Positions 22,701 through 34,088 of a stretch of DNA of 64,000 bases are shown here, piece by piece. The position numbers and the translations under genes are program-made. Below the pieces are notes generated by a model that had not been told where the DNA came from, searched no databases, and saw nothing but the letters and a program-made list of their open reading frames with translations. Position 1 is the first letter of the stretch; each line of letters opens with the position of its first letter. The DNA is from Perkinsela sp. CCAP 1560/9 (Eukaryota > Protista > Euglenozoa: Kinetoplastea): positions 124,001 through 188,000 of the forward strand of contig CBFFSA010000020.1 in the NCBI GenBank assembly GCA_965644495.1, read 5' to 3'.

Positions 22701-24417
22701 CAACACTTTAGGGATAGGCCGAATGAGGTCATCGTGGCGGCAGACCTCGAGAATGCCTTTAATAGCATCTCAAGGTCGGCAATTTTTAGGGCGGTAAGGG
22801 GGGATCCGAAACTTCTCCCCATTGAGGGCATTACCCTCTTCAGCTACGGTACAACAAGTACCCTTCAACTTGGGGAAGGCCAATCCATCACGAGCTCAAG
22901 GGGGGTCAAGCAAGGTGACCCCATGGCTCCCATCCTATTTGCCATAGGGATCCAGGGGGCAATCGCCAGAGTGGCGGCCAACTTCACAGGCACACTGAAA
23001 GTCTGGGCGTACCTGGACGACGTCACCTTCGCTGGTGAACCTAGGGTATGCGCGGAAGCCCTAGAGGCCCTCCGCGAGGAGCTGAAACATCTTGGGCTGC
23101 GGCTAGACACCGCCAAATGTAAAGTAGCCACAAGACACAAGGACCTCTTCTCCGAGTTCTCCGGATCTCGTATGGTTCACTCCCTCGGGGGGGTCAAGCT
23201 ACTGGGGGCGTTCATCGGGGTGTCGGAGGCTAGGGAAGAAGAATGGGTGCTTTCCAAGGCCCCCAAGGTAATCTCCTTCTTGGGGAAACTTAAGGACATT
23301 AGCAGGCAATGTGCCTTGCCCCTCTTAAGACTCTGTGGGAGTCCTCGATGGAATTACATCGTAAGGACCCACGAGCCCCCGGTCACTAAAGAGGCCAATA
23401 CCCAGGTCGACAAAGCCGTCCTGGCATGTGCTGAGGCCTTGCTCGGGGGGATGGGCTCCTTGGGAAAAACGCCGTTTTCTAATAACCTCTTCACGGCAGA
23501 TTTCCTGGGGACCATCCCCTTCGAGCACAAGGCCGAAGACATGCAGGCCAAGGCGAAGAACGCTCTACAGGGCCGACCCCAAGGCATGTCAGCCAAGGAG
23601 CAGCGACGCAACCTCTGTGACGTCGCGTTGGGGAAAGCCCCGACGGCTACCCAACTGGTCTGCATGCGACAGACCCAGCGCTTTCACTCCACTAAGTGGA
23701 GGAACGCATGGCCGAACAGGCCGGAGTATTACATGCGGGACCCACAGTGGGAGACTGCGGCCCGTCTCCGGTACTTGGTCGCCCCTACCTCGGAGCCTGA
23801 GCTCCAGTGCGTGTGCGGTGCAACCCTCCGCAATGAGGATTTTTGCGTACACGCACTGGATTGCAAGAAGGTTAAGGGGAAGACCCAGGCCTCCCGCCAC
23901 AAGGAGGTCAAGGAAACCTTCCGAAACCTTCTAGTCCAGTATGGGTTCAAACCGGACTTACACGAACCGAGGTTCGACAATGGACGGGGGCCGGACTTAT
24001 GCTTCCAGCTGGGACGGAAGACCGTCCTTGTGGATGTAACGGTCGTGAACCCACTGGCCCCGTCCTACGTGGAGAAGGAGGCCGCAGAGCCTTCTCACAC
24101 CCTGAGGATGGCCGAGGCCAACAAGCGGCGCTCCCACGATGAGATGGCGACCGCCCGAGGGATGGAATTTTACCCCTTGGCTTTCACCACGTACGGGATC
24201 CCGGGCCCAGAGACTTTGAACTTCCTAACCAAGGTGGCCCGGGCCCACACATCCGACAAGAACGGATGCATGTCTCACCTCCTGATGGCCATCGGGGTGG
24301 CCATCCAGAGAGGGAACGCCCAGATTGTACAGGCGGCGGTACAAGACTGGTACCGCCGCGGGGTACGAGGTTAGCTGGGCTAGGGGGTTTAGGGAGGGAA
24401 CCAAAAAAAAAAAAAAA
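19781..24417 (+). mobile_element. CRE-clade non-LTR retrotransposon (C2H2 finger, 2A-like motif, RT, RLE), nearly intact
   Basis: ORFs 19781-21616 and 21543-24374 join by removing one G from a G9 run (G8 in sibling repeats); RT motifs YRPIAMGE, DLENAFNS, GVKQGDP, AYLDD; CCHC finger and PD..DVTVV endonuclease; 28-nt 3' UTR then A15; 5' boundary uncertain. Confidence 0.92.
21100..21625 (+). repeat. 147-bp (49-aa) coding tandem repeat, about 3.5 copies
   Basis: MPNASEDCAEAGSLRAGPYPKSHCNG... units start at 21248, 21395 and 21543. Confidence 0.95.
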
Positions 24418-24666
24418 GGGTTCACAAGCCAGGCCGAGGAGTGGTCGAAAGACCCGGTCCGGAACGCGCGAATGGTTAGGGAGTCACCCGCACGCCGGGT
24501 GAGGTGAAGCTGAGGGAGACCTTACCCTCCCTGAGAAGTTGAAAAGTGGGGTAGGGGAAAGTAGAGAAGTAGGGAGAAAAGTGGGAAAAGTAAGTCAAAG
24601 GGGGAGAAAGTGAGAGAGAAAGAGGGGAAAGTGGAAAATTTTCAAAAAAAAAAAAAAAAAAAAAAA

Positions 24667-24739
24667 GGGGGAGCATGGTCGGGACCTCCTCGTGGTCTTC
24701 CCCGGCACTGCCATCTTTCAGATGGTACTGACGCCGACC
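24667..24739 (+). ncRNA. HDV-like self-cleaving ribozyme (predicted)
   Basis: P1 GGGGGAG/CTTCCCC, P2 GGTCGG/CCGACC, P3 ACC/GGT, L3 TCCTCGT, P1.1 CC/GG, P4 TGCCATC/GATGGTA, J4/2 CTGA; G1 directly follows a poly(A) tract. Confidence 0.85.
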
Positions 24740-26266
24740 TTTAACCTAAAAGTGGGGTAGGGGAAAGTAGAGAAGTAGGGAGAAAAGTGGGAAAAGTAAG
24801 TCAAAGGGGGAGAAAGTGAGAGAGAAAGAGGGGAAAGTGGAAAATTTTCAAAAAAAAAAAAAAAAAAAAAAACCCGGTCCGGAACGCGCGAATGGTTAGG
24901 GAGTCACCCGCACGCCGGGTGAGGTGAAGCTGAGGGAGACCTTACCCTCCCTGAGAAGTTGAAAAGTGGGGTAGGGGAAAGTAGAGAAGTAGGGAGAAAA
25001 GTGGGAAAAGTAAGTCAAAGGGGGAGAAAGTGAGAGAGAAAGAGGGGAAAGTGGAAAATTTTCAAAAAAAAAAAAAAAAAAACCTCCCCGTCGGCCAGCA
25101 TCCTGTTTCGCGACCGTGTCGCTGTTGACACAGGCCCGCGCCTGCGCCCTCCCATATAGCAAGGGAAGGGTTCACAAGTCAGGCCGTGGAGTGGTCGAAA
25201 GACCCGGTCCGGAACGCGCGAATGGATTGGGTCTGTATTGCTTGTTTTAGTTTTTACTGTTTCTTGTTTGTAGTATATACTTAGGGGAGATTAAATTGCT
25301 AGTTTTGGGCTGAGAAAAAACAAAAGGTACATCTGTGGAAACAAAAAGAATTGCTAATTTGATTGCTTGTTTTCAACTCGTATACCCCCCCCAATGGACC
25401 TACTTGGTTCGTCTACTGGGTCAAAATATAGAGGCAATGCCGCGATTCATACTTAAAAAAAAAAAAAAAAAGGGGGGGGGGGCACCCCCATCAAATACAC
25501 TCCTTTTTGTCGGCATCCCCCTTCCCCGTCTCGTCCCATCACCCCCCTGCGCCGCATCCCCCCACCTCACCCTCCCTCCGCAGAGCGCTTGCCCCCCTGT
25601 TGTGTTTCTCTCTCGCGTCCACCACCCCCGTGTCAGCAGCCAAAAGTATACAATACTTGCTCACGGGGTGGGGGCAGAGTTCCTGGCAGATGGTCCCGTG
25701 CTTCGCCTCCTCTCACCCCTGCGTCAGTCGCCCCGTGTCTCTCTCCGCGCTCTTCTCCCTCGGCGTGACGACGTCTTTGTGTTTCGTGGCCTCCACGTCT
25801 CCCACCCTCGTACGGCAACCAAAAGTATTTATTACTGCTAACGGGGTGGGAGCGGAGGTGCAGGACCATACGGGCCTCGGTGCATGCGGATCGGTGAGTG
25901 GGGTAGGGAGTGAGGGAAGGGAAGTACGAGAGGGCTAAGAGGAGTAGGTGTGGAAAGTATGGGGAGTAAGGGAAAGTGAAGGGCCGTAAGTGTGGAAATT
26001 GTGGAAAAGTTGGACTCCATACATAAAAAGTTAGACTCAATACTATTCCCCCCAATTATTTGCAAAAAAAAAAAAAAAAAAAAAAAATATTCGCGGAACG
26101 CGCGAATGGATTGGGCATAAATTGCTTCTTTTTATTATTATTGTTATCAAAATCATAAATACTGTAACTTAAGGCAGGTTGAATTATTAGTTTTGGGCTA
26201 CAACATGTGAAATTGCTAATTTGATTGCTTGTTTACAAATCATATACAAAAAAAAAAAAAAAAAAA

Positions 26267-26339
26267 GGGGGAGCATGGTCGGGACCTCTTCGTGGTCTTC
26301 CCCGGCACTGCCATCTTTCAGATGGTACTGACGCCGACC
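26267..26339 (+). ncRNA. HDV-like ribozyme, second copy (L3 TCTTCGT)
   Basis: Identical to 24667-24739 except one C-to-T change in L3/P1.1. Confidence 0.8.
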
Positions 26340-26664
26340 TTTAACCTAAAAGTGGGGTAGGGGAAAGTAGAGAAGTAGGGAGAAAAGTGGGAAAAGTAAG
26401 TCAAAGGGGGAGAAAGTGAGAGAGAAAGAGGGGAAAGTGGAAAATTTTCAAAAAAAAAAAAAAAAAAAAAACCCGGTCCGGAACGCGCGAATGGTTAGGG
26501 AGTCACCCGCACGCCGGGTGAGGTGAAGCTGAGGGAGACCTTACCCTCCCTGAGAAGTTGAAAAGTGGGGTAGGGGAAAGTAGAGAAGTAGGGAGAAAAG
26601 TGGGAAAAGTAAGTCAAAGGGGGAGAAAGTGAGAGAGAAAGAGGGGAAAGTGGAAAAAAAAAAA

Positions 26665-26694
26665 CGATAAAGATACAGTTTCTGTACCTTGTTG
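26665..26694 (+). other. Spliced-leader exon sequence at the 5' end of a retrotransposon
   Basis: CGATAAAGATACAGTTTCTGTACCTTGTTG contains the kinetoplastid SL core GATACAGTTTCTGTAC and ends in TTG; no GT donor follows. Confidence 0.88.
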
Positions 26695-29600
26695 AATTAT
26701 TTTTATTAACCCACTATTTTCCCTATCAGGGTCTCACCATGCCACACGACGACCTCTTCGATGCGAATGCAGTACCCATGGACGACGACTCTTTCCGTCA
26801 GGAAGAAATTTCGCACAACACGGGTGCTTGGGACCAATTTGCAGGAAACGCACATTTAATTCCCGGTCAGAGCTCCTACGATGAACTCTTGTACACAACA
26901 CCGATTCCCAAACATATCCCCAAACACTGGGCAAAAAGAGCCGCCAAGATCGCCGGAGAGGCTCCCACGCCGGACACGGGAAGAATGACGGAAGATGAAG
27001 AGACGAATCACTCCCTCGTCGTGGAAGCAAGCCCGAGAAACACACCGGAGGTTCCTGACGCCCAAGTACCTTCTCCAAACAAGGCCTCGAAGCGCAAGAA
27101 CATAAATCCGGTACCGATCCCGCAGCACTGTACTCAGCGCGTATGCCCAGCTGAAGGATGCACTTGGAAGACTCCTCCTCACGGTGGGCAATGGCAAGCA
27201 TTTTACAATCATGTGGCCCACCGACACGGAGAAAGCGTACCAACCACTTGGTGGGAGGGGGAGGGAAGATTTCTTTGCAAGGACTGCGGCAGGCACTACG
27301 ATAAGAACAAGGAGAATTCTCACCCCAAACAGTGCAAAGGCCGTAACCACCCCGTGCGATCTCAAACCCCACCTAGGCCAACGACAAGTCTCGAAAATGC
27401 AACTGAAATTCCTCCAGAAAACATGCTATCAACGTTGAGCTCTATCTGCGCGCTGCCCATAAGCACATGCAAAGATGTCCCCCATTCCTGTAGGTTTCTA
27501 TGGGCGAGCATTTTGACACAGGTCATGACATCTGCTGTGCAAGAAAACACAATGGAGGCATGGACGTTACTGGCAATGCTCCCTAAATGCGTCTTACCTG
27601 CACCTTACCGAGGCGGTCGCAAAGGACACACGTCATACTCTACATACGTGGAAAAAAGCATGGAACTCTGGCTAGAAGGGGAGTACCTCTTGCTCTGGGA
27701 ACAGGCCCTAAAGGATCACGCCAAAAAACGCTCCAAGCCTAGAAGTTCCGAAAATGAAGAAGAAAGAGCGGCAATCAGGGCAGAAATACTGTCACGTCAA
27801 GGGGAATACTCTAGGGGAATAGCCGCTCTAACCGCAGCACCCATGGCGCCGGACAACGAGGAGACCCTTGCGAAGCTTCTATAAAAGCACCCAAATCCTC
27901 ACGAAAACCCACTTGAGAACGATCTTCCACCGATTGAGGGTAATCCCCTGCGTCTGGAGGAAGTTTTCGCAGAGGGTCTTCTGCCGGAACAATGGGTCTA
28001 CGTCCAGAACACATCCAGGCCGCCATTTTGGAACACGCCGACAAGAAGGTGGGTCCTCTTTCGTTCCTCACTCGCCTCGTGAACCACATGCTCCAAGGAA
28101 AGGCACCGCCAGAGGTACAACTGTTCTACGCTGGAGCCCGTCTCTGCGCTCTGGAGAAAGGTGAAGAAGATGTCCGACCCATAGCAGCAGGCGAAACCCT
28201 CAGACGTCTAGTAAGCAAAGCGGCATGCGTCGCCGTAAAGGAGAAGGCTGAAACTTTATTCCGGGGAAGACAGTATGGTGTGGCTGCATCCGCGGGGGCC
28301 GAACGAGTAATTCATCTGTGCCGGAAAACAATGCTAAACAACATGGGGAGCGACAGTCTTGTTCTCTGTAAGGTAGACCTCAGAAATGCGTTCAACAACG
28401 TCAGCAGGCCTGTCTTCACTTTGCTCACACGTCTCAATTTTCCAGAACTTTCACCCTGGGTGGAATGGTGCTACACAAACCCGAGTTGTCTTACCTACGG
28501 GAATCACTTCCTATCCTCAGCCGAAGGCGTCCAGCAAGGTGACCCATTGGGTCCGCTTCTCTTCTCTCTAGTCCTTTCTGGGGTAACCGAGGAAATATCA
28601 TCCCGATCAAACCTAGATTCGCAACTATGGTATTTGGACGACGGAGTTCTCATGGGGGAGGCGGCGGAGGTTCGAAAGGCGCTTGACGTTTTTTCCGAGG
28701 TTGGTTCACAATGCGGGCTATTTCTGAATCCGAACAAGTGTGAAATAATAACGCCACCTGCCTCAGCCCATCACACGACTTTATTTCCGGAAATACCTAC
28801 CGCCAAAATTCGTGTTGACGGGAATTTCGATATTCTCGGATCCCCGATTGGGTCTGCGGAGCACTGCGCGGAGTTCCTAATGTCTCACGCCATCGAACCC
28901 GCACGCGAGACTCTCGCAGCAATAGGGCTAATAGGCGATCCACAAGTTGCCATCGCCCTCATCCGCCAGTGCACTGGCTTCTGCCAAATGGTGTACACTC
29001 TCCGCACCACACCCCCCCAGGCTCTTTTTCAACTTTGTAGCCTACTAGACGAAACCGTTCTTAAAGCTGTCGAGTGGGCACTTTTCCCCCTGGAACCCCA
29101 CGCACGTGACCAAATCCAACGAAGGAAACGCCACGGAGGTTTCGGCCTTAGGTCTGCAACACTCCACGCGACAGCCGCTTACGTTTCTTCCGTCGCGCAC
29201 GCCGCCGACATAGACGACTGGGATCCTACAGAGGCTGATGGATTCGCCATTTCGGTACAAGACGTAAACCGTAAAGCAGGAGTAGCGCTAGTGGATCCCA
29301 ACACGGGGCGCACACCCAAGCAGGACAAGCCACTCCCATACTCAGGCCACCATCACAACTTCCTCCCGAAAAGGAAACGCCCACGGAGCACTCAAAACAA
29401 AATGGAAGCGGACAGGGCAACCGCGCCGGAGATGGTCATCCCTCGACAGCAGCAACTCAGCCAGGCTATCTCACAGCAGGAATTCACCACAGCACCGAGC
29501 AGGCTGACCCTCGCACTCGCGCACGGTGGGTTTCAGAGTCGGGTAAGGGAGCAGGTAGCTGGGCTTTCGTGACGCCCTCTAGGAGCAAAGGATACGCCTT

Positions 29601-30830
29601 CACACCAACAGAGTTCCGCACGCTGTCCCGCTGGTGGCTGGGATCCGACATCTATCAAGAAGATCGCCCTTGCCCAGCGAAGGGATGCACATTACCTCTG
29701 CAGAAAAATGGGGAACATGCATTGTTATGTAAGAACGGACATGGCCTCATCACCCGTCACAACGCGGTCTGTGAGCAATTCACAGCATTCTGCAGAAAAG
29801 CCGACATAGCTCCGCAAAGGGAGAAAAGCCTGGGAAATCGTGGTCCAAGAGGGGGTCTCACCAGACCTGCTGACGTGTTTCTCCCGAATTACACCCTGGG
29901 AAGTGGTATGGTGTTAGACTTCGCAGTCACCCACGCACAGCAACTAAAGTATTTGGACTCTGTCCGGAATGCTAGCTGGGTGGCTGCGGGATCTTTCGCT
30001 GAACACTACTCAGCAACGAAGGATAAACAACGCCAGGAAGCGGAGGAAGCGAAATTACTTTTTACGGCCATGGTAGTTGAATCCTTTGGCTCGTGGAGTA
30101 AAAGCGCGATGGCTGTTTTGTGGAAGGTGGGGGCGTTACGCGCAAACGCGTCAAACGGTCTACTCACAGACACTCAAGCCCGAAATGACCTTCTCAAAGA
30201 GCTGAACGTGGCTCTCATGCGCTCCCAGGCCCGGATGATGGTCTCTAGGATAGTCGTCAGTGACCCTGACGCTCCCCTGGAAGGGGCCTAAGGGATCTCG
30301 GGAATACCCACTGGGACATAAACCGCTGGTCCGGATGCTGGTCGGTGCCGACAGGGTCTATGCTCACGCCTAGTCCGTCAGGGCTAGGTACCCCAAGTGA
30401 GGTAGGACAAGGGTAGGGAACTTTGTTCCTCCCCGTCGGCCAGCATCATGCTCCGCGACCGTGCCGCTGTCGGCACAGGCCCATTGCTTGCGCCCTCTCG
30501 TACAACAAGAGAAGGGTTAACAAGGCAAGCTGGGAGTGGTCGAAAGACCCGGTTCGGAACATGCATGAGGAAGATGGGAGCGCGAATGGATTGGAGAAGA
30601 CCTCGCCTCCCCCCTTTTTTATCATCAAAAACCCTCTTGTGGCGTAGGTGCGAGGCGAGGCAGAGGGAGACCTTACCCTCCCTGGAAAGGTGGAAGTTCG
30701 GTAAGGGGAAGTGGGAAAGTTGGGAAGTGGGAAAGTTGGGAAGTGGGAAGGTTGGGAAGTGGGAAAGTTGGTTCGCTAGTTTTTATATAGTTGTTAAAAA
30801 GAGGAAAAAGATTTAAATAAAGAAAAATAT
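26665..30830 (+). mobile_element. Second CRE-clade non-LTR retrotransposon, disrupted by small deletions
   Basis: C2H2 and CCHC fingers (26739-27884); RT VRPIAAGE, DLRNAFN, GVQQGDPLGP, WYLDDG (27992-29572); RLE CPAKGC..HALLC, RHN, RPAD (29569-30291); 3' boundary uncertain. Confidence 0.9.
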
Positions 30831-30971
30831 AATCTTTAAAAAAATTGCTAATTTGATTGCTTGTTTTCAAATCACTACCCCCCCCCCCCCCCAATGGACC
30901 TACTTGGTTCGTGTACTGGGTAAAAATATAGAGGCAATGCCGCGTTTCAAAAATTATAATACAAAAATAAA

Positions 30972-31516
30972 ACAGGCCCGCGCCTGCGCCCTCCCGTATA
31001 ACAAGGGAAGGGTTCACAAGCCAGGCCGAGGAGTGGTCGAAAGACCCGGTCCGGAACGCGCGAATGGTTAGGGAGTCACCCGCACGCCGGGTGAGGTGAA
31101 GCTGAGGGAGACCTTACCCTCCCTGAGAAGTTGAAAAGTGGGGTAGGGGAAAGTAGAGAAGTAGGGAGAAAAGTGGGAAAAGTAAGTCAAAGGGGGAGAA
31201 AGTGAGAGAGAAAGAGGGGAAAGTGGAAAAAAAAAAAAAAAAAAAAAAAAACAGGCCCGCGCCTGCGCCCTCCCGTATAACAAGGGAAGGGTTCACAAGC
31301 CAGGCCGAGGAGTGGTCGAAAGACCCGGTCCGGAACGCGCGAATGGTTAGGGAGTCACCCGCACGCCGGGTGAGGTGAAGCTGAGGGAGACCTTACCCTC
31401 CCTGAGAAGTTGAAAAGTGGGGTAGGGGAAAGTAGAGAAGTAGGGAGAAAAGTGGGAAAAGTAAGTCAAAGGGGGAGAAAGTGAGAGAGAAAGAGGGGAA
31501 AGTGGAAAATTTTCAA
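30972..31516 (+). mobile_element. Two tandem copies of the SINE-like unit
   Basis: Both start at ACAGGCCCGCGCC (about 279 bp apart), are separated by poly(A), and have the same body as 24418-24643. Confidence 0.88.
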
Positions 31517-31684
31517 CTCAATAAAATACATCCCACCTTTATGCCTTACAGATCAATGTTAATGGAGCCCATGCAAGTGGGGCTTGCACTGGCTGGCACA
31601 GATTGGCACTGGCTGGCATATAATTTATTTTATTTTATCACCCCATGCTGAGTCACAGGCCGCAAAAAACACACGTTCCGCCAG

Positions 31685-32256
31685 TTAACCACTTCCGATC
31701 CCCTGGAAAAATGGCCGTTGTGGCTTGCACTGGCTTGCACAAGTTGGAACTGGCTTGCAGTGGCGGTATGCATGGGGTCCAATAGGGTATACTATGCTTT
31801 CTTCCCATCCCTCTGTCGTCTCATCTCCTATATCAGTGTCTTTGATGAGTTGGACGACTGTCTCCATATTTTCATCATCCTCACTGTTGTCCCCTTCCTT
31901 TATGTCGCTACTCTGTTGTGCAGGCAAAGGTGATGGGATCCCCAAAACACTTGGATACCAAGTCTTCGCAATGTTCTTCCTCGTGAGTCTGTTCTGTACG
32001 CCGTTAGGGAATAACAGCGAGTATAGGTTATTCACAACATGCAATCCGCATTCATTCGTTAGCGGTTCTTGCTGCTGAACTTTCGCATATTTTACTTTTA
32101 CGTTGCTTGCAGAGGTGCCGATAATAGGCCTTAAGTGCGAAGCCAAGCTTTCCAAGTAGTCCTGGCGGGCAGTGGGAGAAAATGCCTGGTAACTGTCAAA
32201 TACGGTCATTCCCAATCAGTGGTAATGCACAAGAATGAAATGGCCGTTGAAGATTT
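31685..32256 (-). pseudogene. Ulp1/SENP (C48) cysteine protease fragment, probably from another mobile element
   Basis: GHFILV (His), VFDS (Asp) and QQQ...NECGLHV (Gln, Cys), with an in-frame stop between His and Asp. Confidence 0.7.
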
Positions 32257-33750
32257 CATTTCAGTTTCATACCGGGCGAGCCGGCAGAGAATTTAATTCG
32301 GTTTGCACACATACAACGTGTCTAACGAAAGTCTAATCAATCTTGGCGTGGTTCATCGGACCATGCGGGGTCCTCGCGCCGTGTCCAGATCACATAACTC
32401 CCGAAGATTGCACTTCGGATCATGTGTTGTACGCAGGAAGATGCCTCTTCTTCCCCATCGAACAGGACACTGACTAGTGAGGAGGTCGTGTTAGGCATTC
32501 CACGCGCTCCTATTTCAAAAACTATCGAATAGCAGGGTACATTTTCTGCACGACGCTTGAACATTAGCTGGTTGTACTTGTTTCGTTTGCGCTGATGAGC
32601 CTCAGCGAGATTCTCTTCCCAAGGTACTGTGAGTTCGATAATGTATTCGCATCCATTCTTGAGTTGCACTCAGCCGTCTGGCCGCAACAACGATAGATCG
32701 TTTGCCATCCAGTTCGGGGGGTTGCGCAGTCCCGGAATGTCAAAATGGGCTTTCGAAGTGTACGGAGACTTTAGGACATGAGTCGCGAGCTCTTGAAGCA
32801 CCAGATTATGTCGATATGAGTATCGTCCTTGCTCCAAGGATAAGGTACAGGAGGAGAGGACGTGACGCGGTGTTTGTATTTCTCTAGAACATACATGTAT
32901 GGGGCATGTCGTATTTGAGTGTGATGATATTCCCCATCTGTGGAGAGCGGCGCGGGAGGGGAGAGGTGTCAGGGTCATAATCGATGCTGCAAATCGGGAA
33001 AGCTTATGGTTATTTATTCCATTTATCGCTGCCGCAAACTGTTTAGCTGTGTCAGGATCAGCCGGGAGGTCCCACCATTTTGAACTTAATGAGGCCCGTT
33101 TTTTCAGTTTCTCTAACGTGTTCGTTTCATACTGTTTGCGTAGGGTCTCCTTGGCTCGGTTGATATCTGCAAGATCATCAAGAATATAAGTTGCTGGTCT
33201 TATCAAGCCTCGGCGGCGTAGATTCTTCTCTTCGTCTACCGTTACCCCCCCCCCCCCCCCCCCCTTACTTCACCACATTTAGCCACTCCGCATGTGGTGA
33301 AGTAAGGGGGGTGTCAGAATTTTCGCCCGATTCCTACTCTGTGATAACAGTTAACCCAGGTCAGAGATTGTAAATTTTCATTGATTTCAATATTTATTCA
33401 ATACACGATGGCCCCACCACTTCTATTCTTTAACGCGAGCCAAGTGACTCTATCCTCACCGTTGCCACACGAAACTGTTGCCGTACTGCCCTTCCCCGAT
33501 GATACTTCACCTACCCCATCCACCGCATTAATATTGAATGCATCTAACCATCTTGCTGAGCAGCCGCGGAAGGTTCGGATGGATCTTACCATACAACAAA
33601 AAAACAACCTATGTGCTAGTATAGATGCCGGCAAGTCTGTAAGCGTCGCCGCCCGAGATTACAAGGTCGAGGTAAGCACGGTACATAGAGTTTATCGGAA
33701 AAAAGAAGATTGGCATAAATTTACTCAACTTGGCTTTGGGAAATTGTTTC

Positions 33751-33979
33751 AGTACCACCCCCCTCGAGCAAATCCAGGCATAAAGGGGCGAGGGAGATAC
33801 GAAGCAACAGATGTAGCAGATTCCCATTGAAAAGAAATCGTATCTCCGTGCACGAGAAATGCCTACCTATGCGCTCGCCTGCTTGGAGTCAACTTCGTGC
33901 AGGGAGATACGAATTCCTTTCAGTGGGAATCTGCTACATCTGTTGCTTCGTATCTGCCTCGCCCCTTTATGCCTGGATT
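33751..33979. repeat. Fold-back inverted duplication within the transposase
   Basis: The segment starting AATCCAGGCATAAAGGGGCG is the near-perfect reverse complement of the segment ending CGCCCCTTTATGCCTGGATT. Confidence 0.9.
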
Positions 33980-34088
33980 CTACAAAAACAGTTTCGTCGC
34001 ATCAATCAGTAAAATTCATGGGCGTCATGGAAGTAAGAATTGACAAAAAATGTCAATCTTCTTCTCAAAAGTGGCTACTGAAGGCTTC

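Larger units (their letters stand above)
24418..26664 (+). mobile_element. Head-to-tail train of eight poly(A)-tailed SINE-like units
   Basis: Units start at 24418, 24667, 24873, 25083, 25472, 26088, 26267 and 26472; each ends in A11-A24 that abuts the next; shared GGAACGCGCGAATGG core and purine-rich 3' module. Confidence 0.88.

Noticed and set aside
24430-24470. tRNA-derived A/B box promoter in the SINE (GGCCGAGGAGTGG ... GGTCCGGAAC)
   Set aside because: Box spacing is only about 10 nt and no cloverleaf forms
25622-25852. SECIS elements
   Set aside because: An AAA bulge is present but the AUGA/GA kink-turn core is absent
26665-26740. SL RNA gene
   Set aside because: The exon is not followed by a GT donor, intron or Sm-like site in any of the three copies
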